A DNA stretch of 63,868 nucleotides, filler included, from Basidiobolus ranarum (GCA_040143965.1; 27 parts of 27 records of this genome joined end to end with filler, not necessarily neighbours in it); one strand, 5' to 3'; counted from the whole stretch's first letter, positions 35,595-49,795 are shown. Notes: generated from the letters alone by a model not told the origin. A program made the numbers and translations.

Positions 35595-37226
35595 TTCTCT
35601 ATTGGCATTTACTTAAAATATTTTTACCAACTCAGAAGTTCTCAAATATATAGATTTTTCAAACTTGTGCTAGAAGCCCCAAACTTTGCACACATGTTCC
35701 TGGGACCTTCCTTAACACATTTTACATGTTTGTTTGTTCACATCTGGACAAAACTATAAATGTCAACTTTCTACTCAAAAAATCAATAAGTGAAAACCAC
35801 CAATTCCTCTAATTCTCCAAACCACTTCCAATAGGCTCCCAAATACTTTAACAGGCTATGAGCCCCAAGCTTGCACTCTCTGTAATGTCTACTTCTCAAA
35901 TCTATGGAACTTTTCCCTCCTCCAAAAAATTGGATGGAACCAATTATCAAGTTTGGAAAATTAAAATGAAAATGCTGCTGCAAGAGAAAAGACTCTGGGA
36001 CACTGTTGTAGAAGAAAAAAACAATGCAAAACTATCTGAAACCAAAGTTTAACTCCAGGTTGAAATAGAACAAAGTGCCTTTAACATAATTTGTCTTAAT
36101 GTTAAAGATAAATTGCTAATTCAATGTTCAAGAGCTAAAATTGCTAAGAAGGTATGGTAAGCCTTGGAAGACACCTATCAAACAAGTTCTGCTGCCAACA
36201 AGATGTTTCTAAGAAGGCAATTCTTTAACTTGAAGATGAATTCAGGAGAAGACATTAAGTCACTAATTAATAGAGTCACTATATTAGGGGATGAAAAGCA
36301 TTGGAGTATCTACTACTGATCAAGATATCATAGCTTCTGTCCTGAACAGCCTGCCACACAAGTTTCAGAGCCTTGTAATGGGTCTTGAATTAAGAACCAA
36401 AAATTTGACCTTTAATTATGTATTTGGCAGACTTCTGGATGAAGATTTATGCAAATTGGGATCCAACCAAAAGAATGAAGAAAATGCTTTAATAGGCTAT
36501 AGGAAACCTTCCTATAAAGGTCAAAAGCACTTTAAGAAGAAAAGTAACATATTCTGTGATTACTGTAAAAGAACTGGCCATTTAAGCCAAGATTGCTTTA
36601 AAAGATTTGCAAAAGAAGAAAAATGTACTGAATCTGGAAATGTGGTTGCAATAGAAGATCACTTGTTCATATCTGCTTTATCTATGACTACCAACAAGGA
36701 TTCTCAGACATGGTATATTGATTCTGGAGCTTCCCAGCATTTCACAAATGAAAACCATTGGTTTGTGGAATATGAAGAAATCCCAATTAAAAAGGTTTTC
36801 ATAGGGGATGACTGCACATTGGATGCTATTGGAATGGGAACAATTCAAGTCAATTTAACTGGAGCTTTTGAAGAGAGAGTATATACTTTTAAGGATGTAC
36901 TACATGTTCCAGATATTGCCAAGAATTTAATATCATTATGCCAGGCCTCCTCAGAAGGGCTAAAATTCAATTTTGATAAGTCAGGATGCACCATCACTGA
37001 TCAAAATGGGAATTATTTAGCTTCAGGAGAAAAGGATCAAAGCTTATACAAGCTTACACATAATCTAAGAGGTCTATTTGTAATTATAAGTTATTCCAAT
37101 CAAGAAGCTATTCAACTATTGCATAAGAGATTTGGCCATATTGGATTTGGTTATTTGAGCAAAATGAACACAAATTGCCTAATTTCTGGAATTCAAATTA
37201 ACTCCCCAACCAAAATGGAAATTTGT
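35595..37226 (+). mobile_element. Copia family C: LTR end (to about 35853), PBS GGCTATGAGCCC, gag, zinc knuckle, protease
   Basis: KLDGTNYQVWKIKMKMLL, VLNSLP, CDYCKRTGHLSQDC, WYIDSGASQH, HKRFGH; a few stops and frameshifts. Confidence 0.92.
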
Positions 37227-37863
37227 TGTTGAAGTTTATTGTCTTTATGATATTTGTTATCTCTATCTTTATACACCTAACTAATTCATATATCACATAT
37301 AAGTTAGTTAACATTACTTAGTTAAATATCACTTAGCTGAAAATTGAACATATATTATATATATATGGGAATAATGTGAGAATTAGCAATTCCATATTGG
37401 AAATTTCAAACTTGTCCAGATTTCCCCAAAAATGGCTGATTTTACTCCCACAGATGTTCTGAACACAACCCTAGTGTTAGTTTTCATTATTTCCATCAAA
37501 ATGTATAAGTGCTTTATTTCTGAACAATAAACCATTATCTCACAAAGCTATTCACAACTCCACTTTTCTAAAGTTCCTCAAACAGCCCATATTTTCCCAA
37601 TAGGTTATGAGCCCCATGTTCTAACCTTTACAGCATGACAAAAAGCACTACTACCACTTTTATTAACTCCTGTGTTTAAAAGCTTGATGGAGAAAATTAC
37701 AATTTCTGGAAGTTCAAGATGAATATCATGCTGGAAGACAGGGAGCTCTGGTATGTAGTCTCTGGAGATGAAAAGGAACCTTCTGACCCTTCTTTATTGG
37801 AAGCTTACAAGAAAAGAGACAAGACGGCCTTTAATGTCATTTGTCAAAGTTTGAAGGATTCAC
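37227..37863 (+). mobile_element. Copia family A 5' LTR (37227-37602), PBS GGTTATGAGCCC and gag start, inserted into family C
   Basis: 376-bp LTR as at 8468; KLDGENYNFWKFKMNIMLEDRELW. Confidence 0.92.
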
Positions 37864-37963
37864 NNNNNNNNNNNNNNNNNNNNNNNNNNNNNNNNNNNNN
37901 NNNNNNNTTAATTAATTAANNNNNNNNNNNNNNNNNNNNNNNNNNNNNNNNNNNNNNNNNNNN

Positions 37964-40231
37964 TTAGCTGCTTTTCTTTCTTTTCAAGTCAATAATTGCA
38001 TATATTTTTGAGATATTTCACAAATAAGCCTTTACTAGCCCTATTGCCATTTGCCTCCAAAAACCCTGGATAAGTAACATGAAATAAGTCAAAAACCTTC
38101 AGAGTAATGCCTGGTTTTGGTTTTTCCACAATTGGCTCAAATCAAGGTGATTTTGGGCAAGATTTACACAGTTTCCAAAATATTAAACCACTTGTCATCA
38201 GAGAAAGTGATGGCAGCTCTGACATTCAGAGTCTTTTAGCTTGCCAGTTTTCCTATGAGATTTCTACTTTCCTGTGCCCAAGCAATTATGGGTTGTTTTG
38301 TAGGTTTAATGGTCCAACACACATTCTGCTCTGCTAGATTGTCACTTTGACATTTTATGTATGGTGTGGGATTGATCAAAATCACATATGAGAATGGATG
38401 GAGGGAGCAGCATGTTGCTGCAGCTCAAGTACAGCATTCTGAAGGTCTTGTTTCATTGTTGAGTAACTCTCTAACTGTTGATTAATTGCTTCAGAAAACT
38501 TTGTTAATTGCAATATTGTGGTGTTATTGCTTGCATGGCCTGTATAGCAACTTTGTAGCTTTTACTTATGATTGCATACAAATTGTTATGGTGTTCTGCC
38601 TGCAACTACTGTAGGAATTCAAATTAATATGCATGCCCTTATTTAGATATTTTAGGCTTTGTATTCCAGCCACAAGGAGAAGCAAAATATACATGAATCT
38701 TGTTGTGTTTAGTCTCTACATATGCATATACTTGACTGATTAGACAGAACTCAACAACATCAATATGCTTTACCAGCAAACTAATGGTGGAAAAGTTGCC
38801 ACACATCTGAAATTTTGAATAGCACTGACACTTGGCAAATAGCTGACTCTTGTTACTGTTCACAATGTGAATAAGCTCTTGGATTTTGGCAAATTTCCAT
38901 ACATAGTCCAGCCAATATATCCCTGACTTGTAGTCAACAAATATCCTGCCACAAGTAGATGTGACATTGCTTGAATAGACTACTCCATGGCTAAAACAAT
39001 AATACTTTGTATCTTGATCTATGTCACCAAGAAGTCTCTCTTGCAGCTGATCTAGAAATAACATCAGATTATCTTACAAACCAATCAGTTCAAGTTATAG
39101 AAGTCCTTACTCTCTGTCCATGGATTGGGTTTTACTGCTGTTCTTGTGCTCAAACAATGCCAAAACCTGTGAGCACATTGGAAAGAGCACTTTGTTGGAA
39201 GGTTAATATACTAGGTAGTCTCCTTAATCCATTGCATTACATTTATCACTTATTTTGCTGATACATTGTTAATCAGATTAGCATACAGTAATACTGACAA
39301 TGTCAAACAGAGCATCATTGTACTGCAGGTGTACTCCATTGGGTACTCCCAGAATGTATAGCAAGGGCCTGTGATATCTAAGCATTGTGAAAGATGCAGC
39401 AGGGAATGTGTTGAATACCAGCATTGCTTCAGTCTATCTTCTTTAAACCTGCAATAAAGATTTTCACATCAAATTGCAAAATCTTTTCACAGTCACTGTA
39501 TCTGCCTGAGATCCACCAATGTGAGTTGATGCCATAAGAATATATTAACAGTATCAACAGACAACTCTCTATGTTGCCAATACTTATAAGGCAGAAATCT
39601 TTTCAAAATTCCGCTTGAATATATATAAATCCAATACTTCCAGTCTTTGCATTTCAGTAAACACCTAGATAAATGGATATTGATGGGAGACCTGGTCAAT
39701 ATGATGGTATCTTGATGTTTGCAAGCATTTTCCCAATCAATTGAAACTTTGATCCTATCTCAAATGGCTTATTCCTATTGAATTTTCCACTATATAGCTG
39801 AGTAAGTAGTATTAGAATGTTGTTGAATAGTAAGTGCATAGTGCCTAATGGGAAGCTCTGGCTCCAGCTGATCCCATTTAGCAATATAATCTTGGGCTTA
39901 TGGCTAATACTAAGTTTGATGTTGGACTGACTATTTGGTGAATTGATATCAGTGATCATGTTGAAATCTGACTGGCCTCTTGATGGTAAAATCATGGAGT
40001 TTAGTTTTGTATTTGAATAGTAGTAATGCATATGCCTGATACAGTAGACTCTGTTGATTTGACAAAATCTACAGCAATATAGTGCATTGTGCCCACAAAA
40101 ACCTCCAAGTTTACTGATGGCAGTGTTGAAGTTTATTGTCTTTATCATATTTGTTATCTCTATCTTTATACACCTAACTATTTCATATATCACATATAAG
40201 TTAGTTAACATTACTTAGTCAAATATCACTT
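37964..40231. mobile_element. CMC transposon fragments (ORF2 and transposase, minus strand) with a copia A LTR inserted at 40124
   Basis: AISKLGGFCGHNALYCCRFCQI, FPLGTMHLLFNNI, KDWKYWI; TGTTGAAGTTTATTG at 40124. Confidence 0.87.
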
Positions 40232-40331
40232 NNNNNNNNNNNNNNNNNNNNNNNNNNNNNNNNNNNNNNNNNNNNTTAATTAATTAANNNNNNNNNNNNN
40301 NNNNNNNNNNNNNNNNNNNNNNNNNNNNNNN

Positions 40332-41975
40332 CTTAATTTTTGGATCCAATTTAGAACAATTTTTGGCCATGTTTTGACATAAGCAATGCATCCAAAGATC
40401 CTCAAATGTTTTACATCAGGTTAGCTCCAAACTAAGGTTGATTTGGTGTAGAGCTTAACAGACTTCTAGTAAGACTCCTATCTTTCAGATATATGGATGT
40501 AGCATCAGATTCAGCCCAGAAGCTATAAGATATGAGATATATTTTGTGCATTTATCATAGCTCTTGCCATTTTGATTGTAGATTGGGTAGCTCTTTCAGC
40601 AACTCCAGTTTGTTGAGGTGTATAGGGGACAATAGTTTCTTGCTAGGTTTCATGAACTTTGCAAAAGTGCCTAAATAATGTTGGAGTGTATTTTCCACCA
40701 TTATCAGTATGTATTTTCTTGATTTTAGTTCCAGTTTTAGTCTCCACAAGTGTTTTAAAGTCTCTAAAGATAGAGAGAGGTTCTTCTTTTCTTTCAACAA
40801 AGCAGATCCAATTTTATCTTGTAGAATCATCCATATATATCTTTTTCCACCAAAAGATAAATTTTGCATAGGTCCACAAAAATCTGAATGAATTATATCC
40901 AATTTTTTAGCAGATTAGAATCAACCAGAGCTCTTGAACTGTTAGCTAGCTTGCTTATTGTATGCACAACATTCACAAATTTGCATATTGGTTGGGCAGT
41001 GAATTTGAATTCCAGAAATTAAGTGATTCTTTGACATTTGGCTCAAATAATCAATTCCAATATGGTAAATCTATTATGCCATAATTGAATAGTTTCTTGA
41101 TTAGAATGACTGATTGTTACAAATAAACCTCTTGATTAAATGTAAGTTTGTATAAGTTCTAATTCTTTTCTCCCAAAGCTAAATAATTCTCATTGTGATC
41201 AGTGATGGTGCATCCTGACTTGCCAAAATTGAATTTTAGCCCTTCTGAGAAGGCCCAGCATACAGATATTAAGTTCTTGGCAATATCTGGATCATGTAGC
41301 ACATTGTTGACAGTACACACTTTCTCTTCAGGAGCTCCAGTAAAATTGACCTCAATTGTGCCCATTCCAAATAGCACCTAATTCATGGTCATCTCCCATG
41401 AACACCTTTCCAATGGGGATTTCTTCATAATCCTCAAACCAATGTTTTTCATGTGTGAAAGGTTAAGTGGCTCCAGAAGCAACATACCGCATCTAAGAAT
41501 CCTTGTTGGTAGTTATAGATAGAACAGATATGAACAAGTGATCTTCTGATGTAATCTCATTTCCACATTTAGTACATTTTTCTTCTTTTGCAATTCTATT
41601 GAAGCAATCTTTGGTCCAATGGCCAGTTCTTTCACAGTAATCTCAAAATGTGTTACTCTTCTTCTTAAGGTGCTTGTGATCTTTAGAGGAAGGGTTCTCA
41701 TGGCCTAATAAAGCATTTTCTTCATTCTCTTGGTTGGATCCAAATTTGCATAAATCCTCATCCAGAAGTCTGCCAGATACTTAATGTAAGGTCCAATTTT
41801 CAGTTCTTGATTCTCAAGCCAATACTAGGCTCTAGAACTCATGTGGTAGGCTATTCAGGAGTGTAACTACAACATCTTGATCTGTGGTAGATATTCCTAT
41901 GAATTCAATTTTTTCCACTAAAGTAGCAACTCTTTTAATTGGTGATTCAATGTCTTTTCCTAGCTTCATCTTTAT
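40332..41975 (-). mobile_element. Decayed copia family C gag-protease-integrase
   Basis: Reverse-complement similarity to 36230-37225; IIHSDFCGPM integrase motif. Confidence 0.88.
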
Positions 41976-42599
41976 GACTTGACAAGACTAGAGTGGCAAG
42001 ATACTTTTGCCAGAATCAATATTCATAACTGGAAGTGATCAGACTAAAGTTTGATCAAGGAAAACAGGGAGCTTACATAAATATTGTAGGATGAAGCATC
42101 ACATACTGATAAGTGAATATACTTTAGCAAGTTCAAGTGTTGGAGTGCTGGGGCCTGCAGGGACCAATATATAGGGGGACAATGTCAGGATGATCATGGG
42201 ACCAATACAAAGAGGGATGATGTCAGGATGATGTAAGGATGATCAGGTGACCTTCCATGGAAGGTCTTGGCATAAATACACTATGTGTGGGATGACATGA
42301 TCTGTTAAGTTTCATGGAATGTTCCAAAGAACAGGACTTCCATATAAGGTAATCTGGATGAACTAACACCAGATTGCTGAGAAGGGATGGCACAGCACAT
42401 ATGATGTCATAACCTAATGATAGAAGAGTTCTATTTGCAGTGAATGAGTATACCAAGATTGGAATTGTGACGCTATACCTCCTTTAGTGATGGCTTCCAG
42501 TCATCATAGAGCCAGGTTTTTCTGGGTAGGCATCATGAAACTCCTGGCAAAGTTCCTTAGAGTTGGAATGATTTGTTGCTGGCTCCCAGGATTGATCAC
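41976..42599 (-). mobile_element. Chromovirus 3' end (chromodomain tail, PPT, LTR about 41976-42471)
   Basis: Reverse complement of 26390-27060. Confidence 0.87.
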
Positions 42600-42699
42600 N
42601 NNNNNNNNNNNNNNNNNNNNNNNNNNNNNNNNNNNNNNNNNNNTTAATTAATTAANNNNNNNNNNNNNNNNNNNNNNNNNNNNNNNNNNNNNNNNNNNN

Positions 42700-42968
42700 T
42701 TACATCCACCCAAATCCAGATTACTATATTGAGAAATCACCACCCCGATAACCCTAACCCTCTAAATCCCTATCTATCCGACATTCCGGTGCCGTATCCA
42801 GATAAAGATGAAAATGAATCGAGTTCTTGGAAGCAAAAAAGGTTAGGTGATGGAATGCATCCGCAGTCTGAATTCCGTAGTAAGGCCTTCAACTCAATCG
42901 CTTTGAGCACTGAGATTGTTCCTATTCTCCAATCCGAAATAGAATTCTTGAGAAATATTGCCAAATGA
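42700..42968 (+). CDS. Possible C-terminus of an unidentified host gene
   Basis: Open frame from the contig edge to TGA, CpG-rich; no recognisable motif. Confidence 0.3.
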
Positions 42969-43255
42969 AGCAAATTATCACCTAGAACTGACCGATAGAA
43001 TTTCCTAACTAGAAGCATTGTGGTGTTCCCGTGATTCAGAATCATCTTGTCTTCGAAATGACTAAGAAACGTTTGCGTATATGCTTGTGTTCCCACATTG
43101 GTAAATCTGAGTGAAAAGAGCAATATCAGAGTTTTCCCGGTGACTCGCACTGTTCTCATGCGTGTTGGAGTTGATGGCCACCCATTCATATCCTCAGTTT
43201 TTTCTAGTCCCGTCTCTATATAAGCGAGTAGTTTGGGACGATACTCCAACATACA

Positions 43256-44965
43256 ATGCGACACGAACCTACTACTATATTAGCTGAAAAACAGCTTGAT
43301 TCTTCGGATCCCTTGAAGCTGGAGGACTTAGAAATGAGTCCGTCCAAACTAGCAGATGACCTCCCAGATGGACCTGTCCCTCTGCCTTTTGGAAAGTTGA
43401 TGTTGGTATTCTGTGGCCTTTCAATGGCCATTCTTTTGGCTGGTCTTGATCAGACGATCGTGGCCACCGCTCTACCCAAAATCGCGTCGGATTTTGGAGC
43501 AGTAAACGAAATCGCTTGGGTGGCTACTGCCTATATGTTGACTGCCACGGCAGTTCAACCTCTCTACGGAAAGGTGAGTACACCCTTACAGAGATTCAAC
43601 ATCACATCTTTCACTCGGCTAACCAAGGTTTAGTTTTCTGATATCTTTGGTCGTAAAATAGTATTTCTCTTTGCCATCGTAATCTTCGAGGTGGGTAGCG
43701 CACTATGCGGTGCTTCCAAGAACATGACCATGCTGATCATATCTAGAGCGATCTCAGGAATCGGGGGTGGAGGAAGTAAGTATTTTTCCATTCGTATCTC
43801 CCTCAACACCCGTCTAACACGATCTTTCATCAGTCGAGGGTATGGTGTTCATCATTATCACCGAGATTGTTCCGCTTCGTGACCGTGGGAAGTACCAAGG
43901 GCTCATCGGCGCAACGGTAAGTCAAAGGGGTTGCTGATGACTGACAATAGTAACATGCACTAAAATTCTTTGAATCTACAGTATGGTCTCGCATCTGTCC
44001 TGGGCCCATTATTGGGAGGTATCTTTACTGATGATACCACATGGAGGTAAGCTTTATTCCCTTATCTTCCCCTTTCGTAGATTGTTGACTAACATCAACC
44101 TCTGTAGGTGGTCATTCTACATCAACTTACCGTTCGGTGCACTTACCGTAATCATCGTCACTCTGTTCCTGCAACTTCCTACGCCGAAAGGTTCCCTTAA
44201 GGAAAAAATCAAGAGAATCGATTTCCTCGGGACAGTGTTACTCCTAGGATTCATTATTTCGCTCTTGTTACCAACCGAATGGGGAGGTGGGGAATACTCC
44301 TGGAGCTCACCTAGAATCATCTCTCTTTATTGTGTTTCAGGGGCACTCTTGATAGCATTTATCGTAGTAGAGCATCGATTTGCAACCGAGCCAATTGTCC
44401 CTTTTCGGTTGTTCGCCATGCGTAACCCATTGTTCTCATTCATCACCATGTTCTTCTTTGGGATGACTTTCTTTGGATTGCTCTACTACATCCCAATGTA
44501 CTTCCAGATTGTTCGTGGGGATTCTGCTATTACTTCGGGGCTCGAGATGTTGCCCTTAATGCTCTCTGCTTCGGCATTAAGTATTGTCTCCGGATTATTC
44601 ATCTCTAAGACGGGGGTGGTCGTTGTCTGGTGCTGGGTCGGCTCAGCGATCATGACGGTAGGAGTGGGATTGTTGACTATTTGGAATGCCACCACTGGAC
44701 ATGGAGAACAAATTGGATTTTTGCTTATCGTGGGAGCCGGAGCTGGTTGCTGCTTTCAAACATTGATCATCACAGGCCAATCAGCGGTTGCCCATGAAGA
44801 TGTAGGGGCAGTTACGGCCCTATCGTCGTTCTTCCGCTCGATTGGTGGAGTTTTGGGAATCGCGATTTTCGGCTCAGTATTCAACAACCAACTAATCAAT
44901 GGGCTGTCAAAATTAAGCTATCATATCCCAATCAAGGAGGCGACCAACAACTTCCAATTCATGGC
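43256..44965 (+). CDS. MFS drug:H+ antiporter, DHA2 (14-TM) family; exons about 43256-43573, 43634-43775, 43834-43916, 43982-44046, 44108 to beyond 44965
   Basis: LAGLDQTIVATALP, WVATAYMLT, PLYGKFSDIFGRK, RDRGKYQG, LGPLLGG, WRWSFYINLPFG, KRIDFLG; GT-AG introns keep the frame. Confidence 0.93.
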
Positions 44966-47430
44966 NNNNNNNNNNNNNNNNNNNNNNNNNNNNNNNNNNN
45001 NNNNNNNNNTTAATTAATTAANNNNNNNNNNNNNNNNNNNNNNNNNNNNNNNNNNNNNNNNNNNNCTCTTAAATTCCCCTGCCTGTATTCACACCTGGGG
45101 AATTTTAAGCGATGAGTTGATCTACAATAATTACTGATAATTCAGCCTTGAATCAGGCCTCAAGCTCATCTAGCAAGTATTAGGAAATAAAAAAATATCA
45201 TGCTGTTATTAATCTAAGCGGTTCTCTAATGTTGCCTATTAACTTACCTATGTATTCTATTAATGTTTGCTGTTTCCAGCAAATCTTAGGGCTCATCTGG
45301 ACTGTGACTTGGTAGAGAGTATGCCTTGTAGCTGTCACAGTGAGTCCTGAGTCAATGCTGGAGCACCAGTTTTGGGCGCTGTTGATTTACCAAGGCTAGG
45401 GAGTATTGGTATCAAAAGAAAGAGCTACTTGAGCGACGACGAACAAGGTTACGACTAGATGGAAAGGTGAGAACATCACGATTATTGGGTTGATTAATAT
45501 TGTACGATACACACCAGATGCTTTTATACTTGTCAGAAGTTTGGTCTTTTGTGAAGGAGGGGACGAGAGTGAATTACTCAATGATCAGACGTTAATGATC
45601 TAACTAGAGTCAATTCTTTTGCTGTATATTCATTCCATCTAATAGGAACTGCTTTCTATGAAGAGCATTCCAATCAGCTCATTCAAACCACACGTACTGA
45701 TCAATCAGTTACCATGCTGCTAGTGTAAAACCAATATGACAAGTCCGCGGCTGCCTAGATATTAACTCTCTATATTTCGTTATTTTCTCCTCAGCTCCCA
45801 CGCGACGAGCCTTGTTCTTTTGGTCTATATCCATGCTCTTAGTATCACCATTTAACATAACGTAAACTGGACTACAATGGGAACATTACTCCAGACCAAT
45901 TGTTTGTATTCCATGAACAACTTGCATTTCATATGAAGGCAGGGACAATCAACGGGAATAATATGATTGGGAGTAATGTATAATGAAGCTTGAGGAGGGA
46001 GCCTTATTTATTGTCACAACTGCTAATTAATAACACTTGCAACCCTATTAGCAGTCTCATGAAGAGTACTATTGATTGTCTTTTATTTGTTAGAAGCCCG
46101 CCAATCATTCAGTTTCCCGGAACACTGCCAAATGGCAAGAATAACCCTAAGTGAATACTCGTACAAATAGCATTGATTACACATCCACTTTGGATGAAAT
46201 AGTACGGATATAGTCCTCCCTCTAATTGCTAATTGACTAGTTTCAATTCCCCGCAGTACGATTTAAACCAAGGCAAAAACATTAAGTAAGCTTAGTTAAC
46301 AAGGCACCTTGAATCGTCGAAAACTTTTGTAATAAAGGATTATCAGTAATTTTGATAAGTCTTGCTGATGCTTTGACGGCTAGCTATTATAAACTATGAT
46401 TGTGATAACAAAAAAACCCACATTGCATTTGAATTAGATAGAAATAGGCCACTGGAGCTATGGTATTGGGTAATTCTCGACCCAACGAAATTCCACAATC
46501 CCACAATTGAATCTCATCTCACGTTTGGGTCAAAGAAGAGTATCAATTGTAGTTAGAAAATCAATTCTCAGTAGGAAACTTTTACCTGTTATTTTATAAT
46601 AACAATTAGTTTTCAACATGATGTAATTTGGGAATATTACTCAATTGTGATTAAAATCTCCCAGGTGAGCTCGGATTGCAACCCGGGTAGTTCACCGTTT
46701 ACTGACTTGAGAAATTCACACCATCAAAACAATTCCATCATAACGGGTCCCATATTTCAGAAGATAGATACACTGTCAGTAGTTAGATTTACTACAAATA
46801 GATTAATCTGACTCATGGCAGTAGTAGCATGGCGGATGAGTAATTCTCGACATAATTTATCCCAGATAGCTGTTCAAAATCATCAACCAGAGAGATGCAG
46901 TCTCACAAAATGTTACCCTTCGGAGTACAAATCAATATCCCCCTTTATCCAGTTGCAAATGCTGGTGAGGAAAGGATACTAAATATGCACTCAACATTAG
47001 CAAATGGAATTAACTCACTATGATAGATAACTCGGAGTTCTTTTGACCAGAAACAGGACATTCATCCAGGCAGATGGGGCACTCTTCTTGTGTTGAGGAC
47101 GGGAACTGGGTATTATATGCAATACACAGAAGTGGCGCACTATAGGTGAAATTTGTGAAAGAGACTTTATCTCCTTTAAAAATTCAAAGATACGCCTCTT
47201 AAATAATGATGCTTATCTATTATCCGTTTGAAAGCGAAGCTCTTTCCCGGAGATAACAATTCTATTTCTAGTCCATTATCAATAATAAAAGGGGGATTTC
47301 CTAACTTCATTCAACTTAACACCCTTGATTNNNNNNNNNNNNNNNNNNNNNNNNNNNNNNNNNNNNNNNNNNNNTTAATTAATTAANNNNNNNNNNNNNN
47401 NNNNNNNNNNNNNNNNNNNNNNNNNNNNNN

Positions 47431-49695
47431 CTATATATCTGAGAACTTCTATGTGGGTAAAAATATTCTAAGTAAATTCCAATTGTGAATAATGGGTAAT
47501 GTCTTAGTGAACTATAAGATAACCAAATACTGAGCTATATAAGACTATAAAGGTGTTTAGGCAAAGCTAATTTCAACAGTTACAAGAGTAATATGACCTG
47601 ATTGATGTAGGTAGTAATGCAACTTTAGTTAAACCAGTAAGCCCAGACAACTTTAAGGACATGCTGCTTGATGTTGACCTAGGTTATTCCAGTACTGATG
47701 GTAGTATATCAGAAGTTGAAGAAGAAGATGATGCTTTTGATACAGACTCTTTGTTACTGTCAAGCATTAGTCCACTCATACAACTTACAGTTAAGAAAGC
47801 AACTTTGATTATTGAGGAGTGGAGACTTCAATCCAATCTTAACAACCAGATGTTTATTGGTTTTCTTACACTTTTACAAGAGTTAATTGGGAACTGTTGC
47901 TTGCCACAGCCCTGGTACATGTGGAAAACACTTGTCAATCATATGCTGTTTAATCCTTCAATAATTATACTACCTTCATGTCCAAATGGTTGTTTGGCTT
48001 TCACTGGTGATCTGACAAACCTGAAGTCATGTACTATTTGCACACAATTGGCAATCACTATATCAGGGCAATATTGTTCATCTTTGGCTTAAATAACACT
48101 GATTCGCCATATTAATGTTTTGATGAAATCACCCAAATATAGATCATTGATCCAATACCAAAGTATGCCCCATAAAGCTGATAGTATTACCAATAGACAT
48201 GTTGGATATCACTACCAGTATCTGAAAAGTCAAGGTTTTGTTGAGAACACATATGATCATTGATTTGCATTGGCTCTGGATGGTTTCTGACTGAACAAAT
48301 ATACTGTTGGAAAGGCCTGCTAGCCAATAATTTTATTTACCTTTAATATTCCTCCTTTGGAATGGTATAAGAGTCATAATATTTTGCTACTATCCATCAT
48401 ATCTGGACCTAAATCACCAATGCTTATGGATAGCTTCTTGGAGCCTTTGATTGCAGAATTTGAATGGTTATTTAATAGGGTTCAGATGGTTGAATAATTA
48501 TATTATAGCTAATATAATTGTATGTCTTGAGGACATTCCTGCCATCAGTAAGCTTTGAGGTTTTTGTGGGCCACAATGTACCGTCTTGCTGTAGATTATG
48601 TCAAATCAATGGAGTCTACTTTATCATGCATACACATTACTAGTATCCAAATACAACACTAAACTCCATGATTTTACCATCAAGAGCCTGGTCAGATTTC
48701 AACATGTTCACAGATATCAATTCACTAAATAGTCAGTCTAGCTTCAAACTTAGTTTTAGCTATAAGTCTAAGACTATATTGGTAAAGGAGATCAGCTGGA
48801 GCAAGAGCATCCCATTAGGCACCCTAACAAAAATAAAATCAATTTGATCCAGGTCAGATCCTTGCAACAAAACAGCAAAACCATCAGAGAATCATCTTAA
48901 TATTGATGGCTTGCATTCTGCCAGGTGCATGATCATACATGTTCTCAAAGAAACCTTGACTTTTCAGATTCTGGTAGTGATATTATTCAACTTTATTTGT
49001 AATACCATCCGCTTTATGGTGAGTACATCTGTATTGGATCAATGATTTATATTTGTGTGATTTCATCAAAACTTTAAGACAGGGAATCAACACTCTATAA
49101 GCCAAATTTGAACAATACCTATCTGATTAAGTGATTGCTAATTGTATGAAAACAGTACATGACTTCAGGTGTCCTAGATCACCAGTGAAAGCCAAACAAC
49201 CATTTGGACATCAAGGTAGTTTAATTACAAACAGATTATGAGTCATACAATTGACAAGTGTTTTCCACTTGTACCTGGTCAGTGGCAAGCAACAGTTGCC
49301 AATCAACTGTGGTAAAGGGTAAGAAAACAAATAAACACCTGGTTGCTAAGATTGGATTGAACTCTCCACTCCTCAATAATCAATGCTGCTTCCTTTACTC
49401 CAAGTGTTATGAGTGGACTAATGTTTGCTGATAACAAAGAGTCCATAACAAAACCATTGTTTTCTTCTTCAACTTGTGATATACTACCATTGGTACTGGA
49501 ATAACCAAGGTCAACACCTAGCAGCAATTCCTCAAAGTTGTCCGGACTTACTGGTTTGACCAAAGTTGCATCTTGACCTACATCATTCTGGTTATATAAC
49601 TGTGGTAACTCCACGGTATCTTGACTTTTGACAGTGTTACCAAAACTTTGAGACAAACTACAGGCAGTGGACTCAGTTGGCAAAACTAAAGTTGA
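47431..49695. mobile_element. Copia C LTR scrap (-, 47431-47577), CMC transposase (+, to 48821), inserted CMC terminus (48822-48925) and a further transposase fragment (-)
   Basis: CPNGCLAFTG..CTICT, ALALDGF, SGPKSP..DSFLEPLIAEF; CCCTAACAAAAATAAAATC at 48822. Confidence 0.87.
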
Positions 49696-49795
49696 NNNNN
49701 NNNNNNNNNNNNNNNNNNNNNNNNNNNNNNNNNNNNNNNTTAATTAATTAANNNNNNNNNNNNNNNNNNNNNNNNNNNNNNNNNNNNNNNNNNNN

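Noticed and set aside
42770-43264. 164-aa minus-strand ORF and other antisense ORFs over pirin, LPMO, MFS and the ligase
   Set aside because: Shadow frames opposite better-supported genes, without motifs
48815-48825. CMC insertion specifically at CpG sites (flanks are often TA, CA or TG)
   Set aside because: Few sites, no paired TSD visible, and the flank at 48820 is CA in uninterrupted copies too
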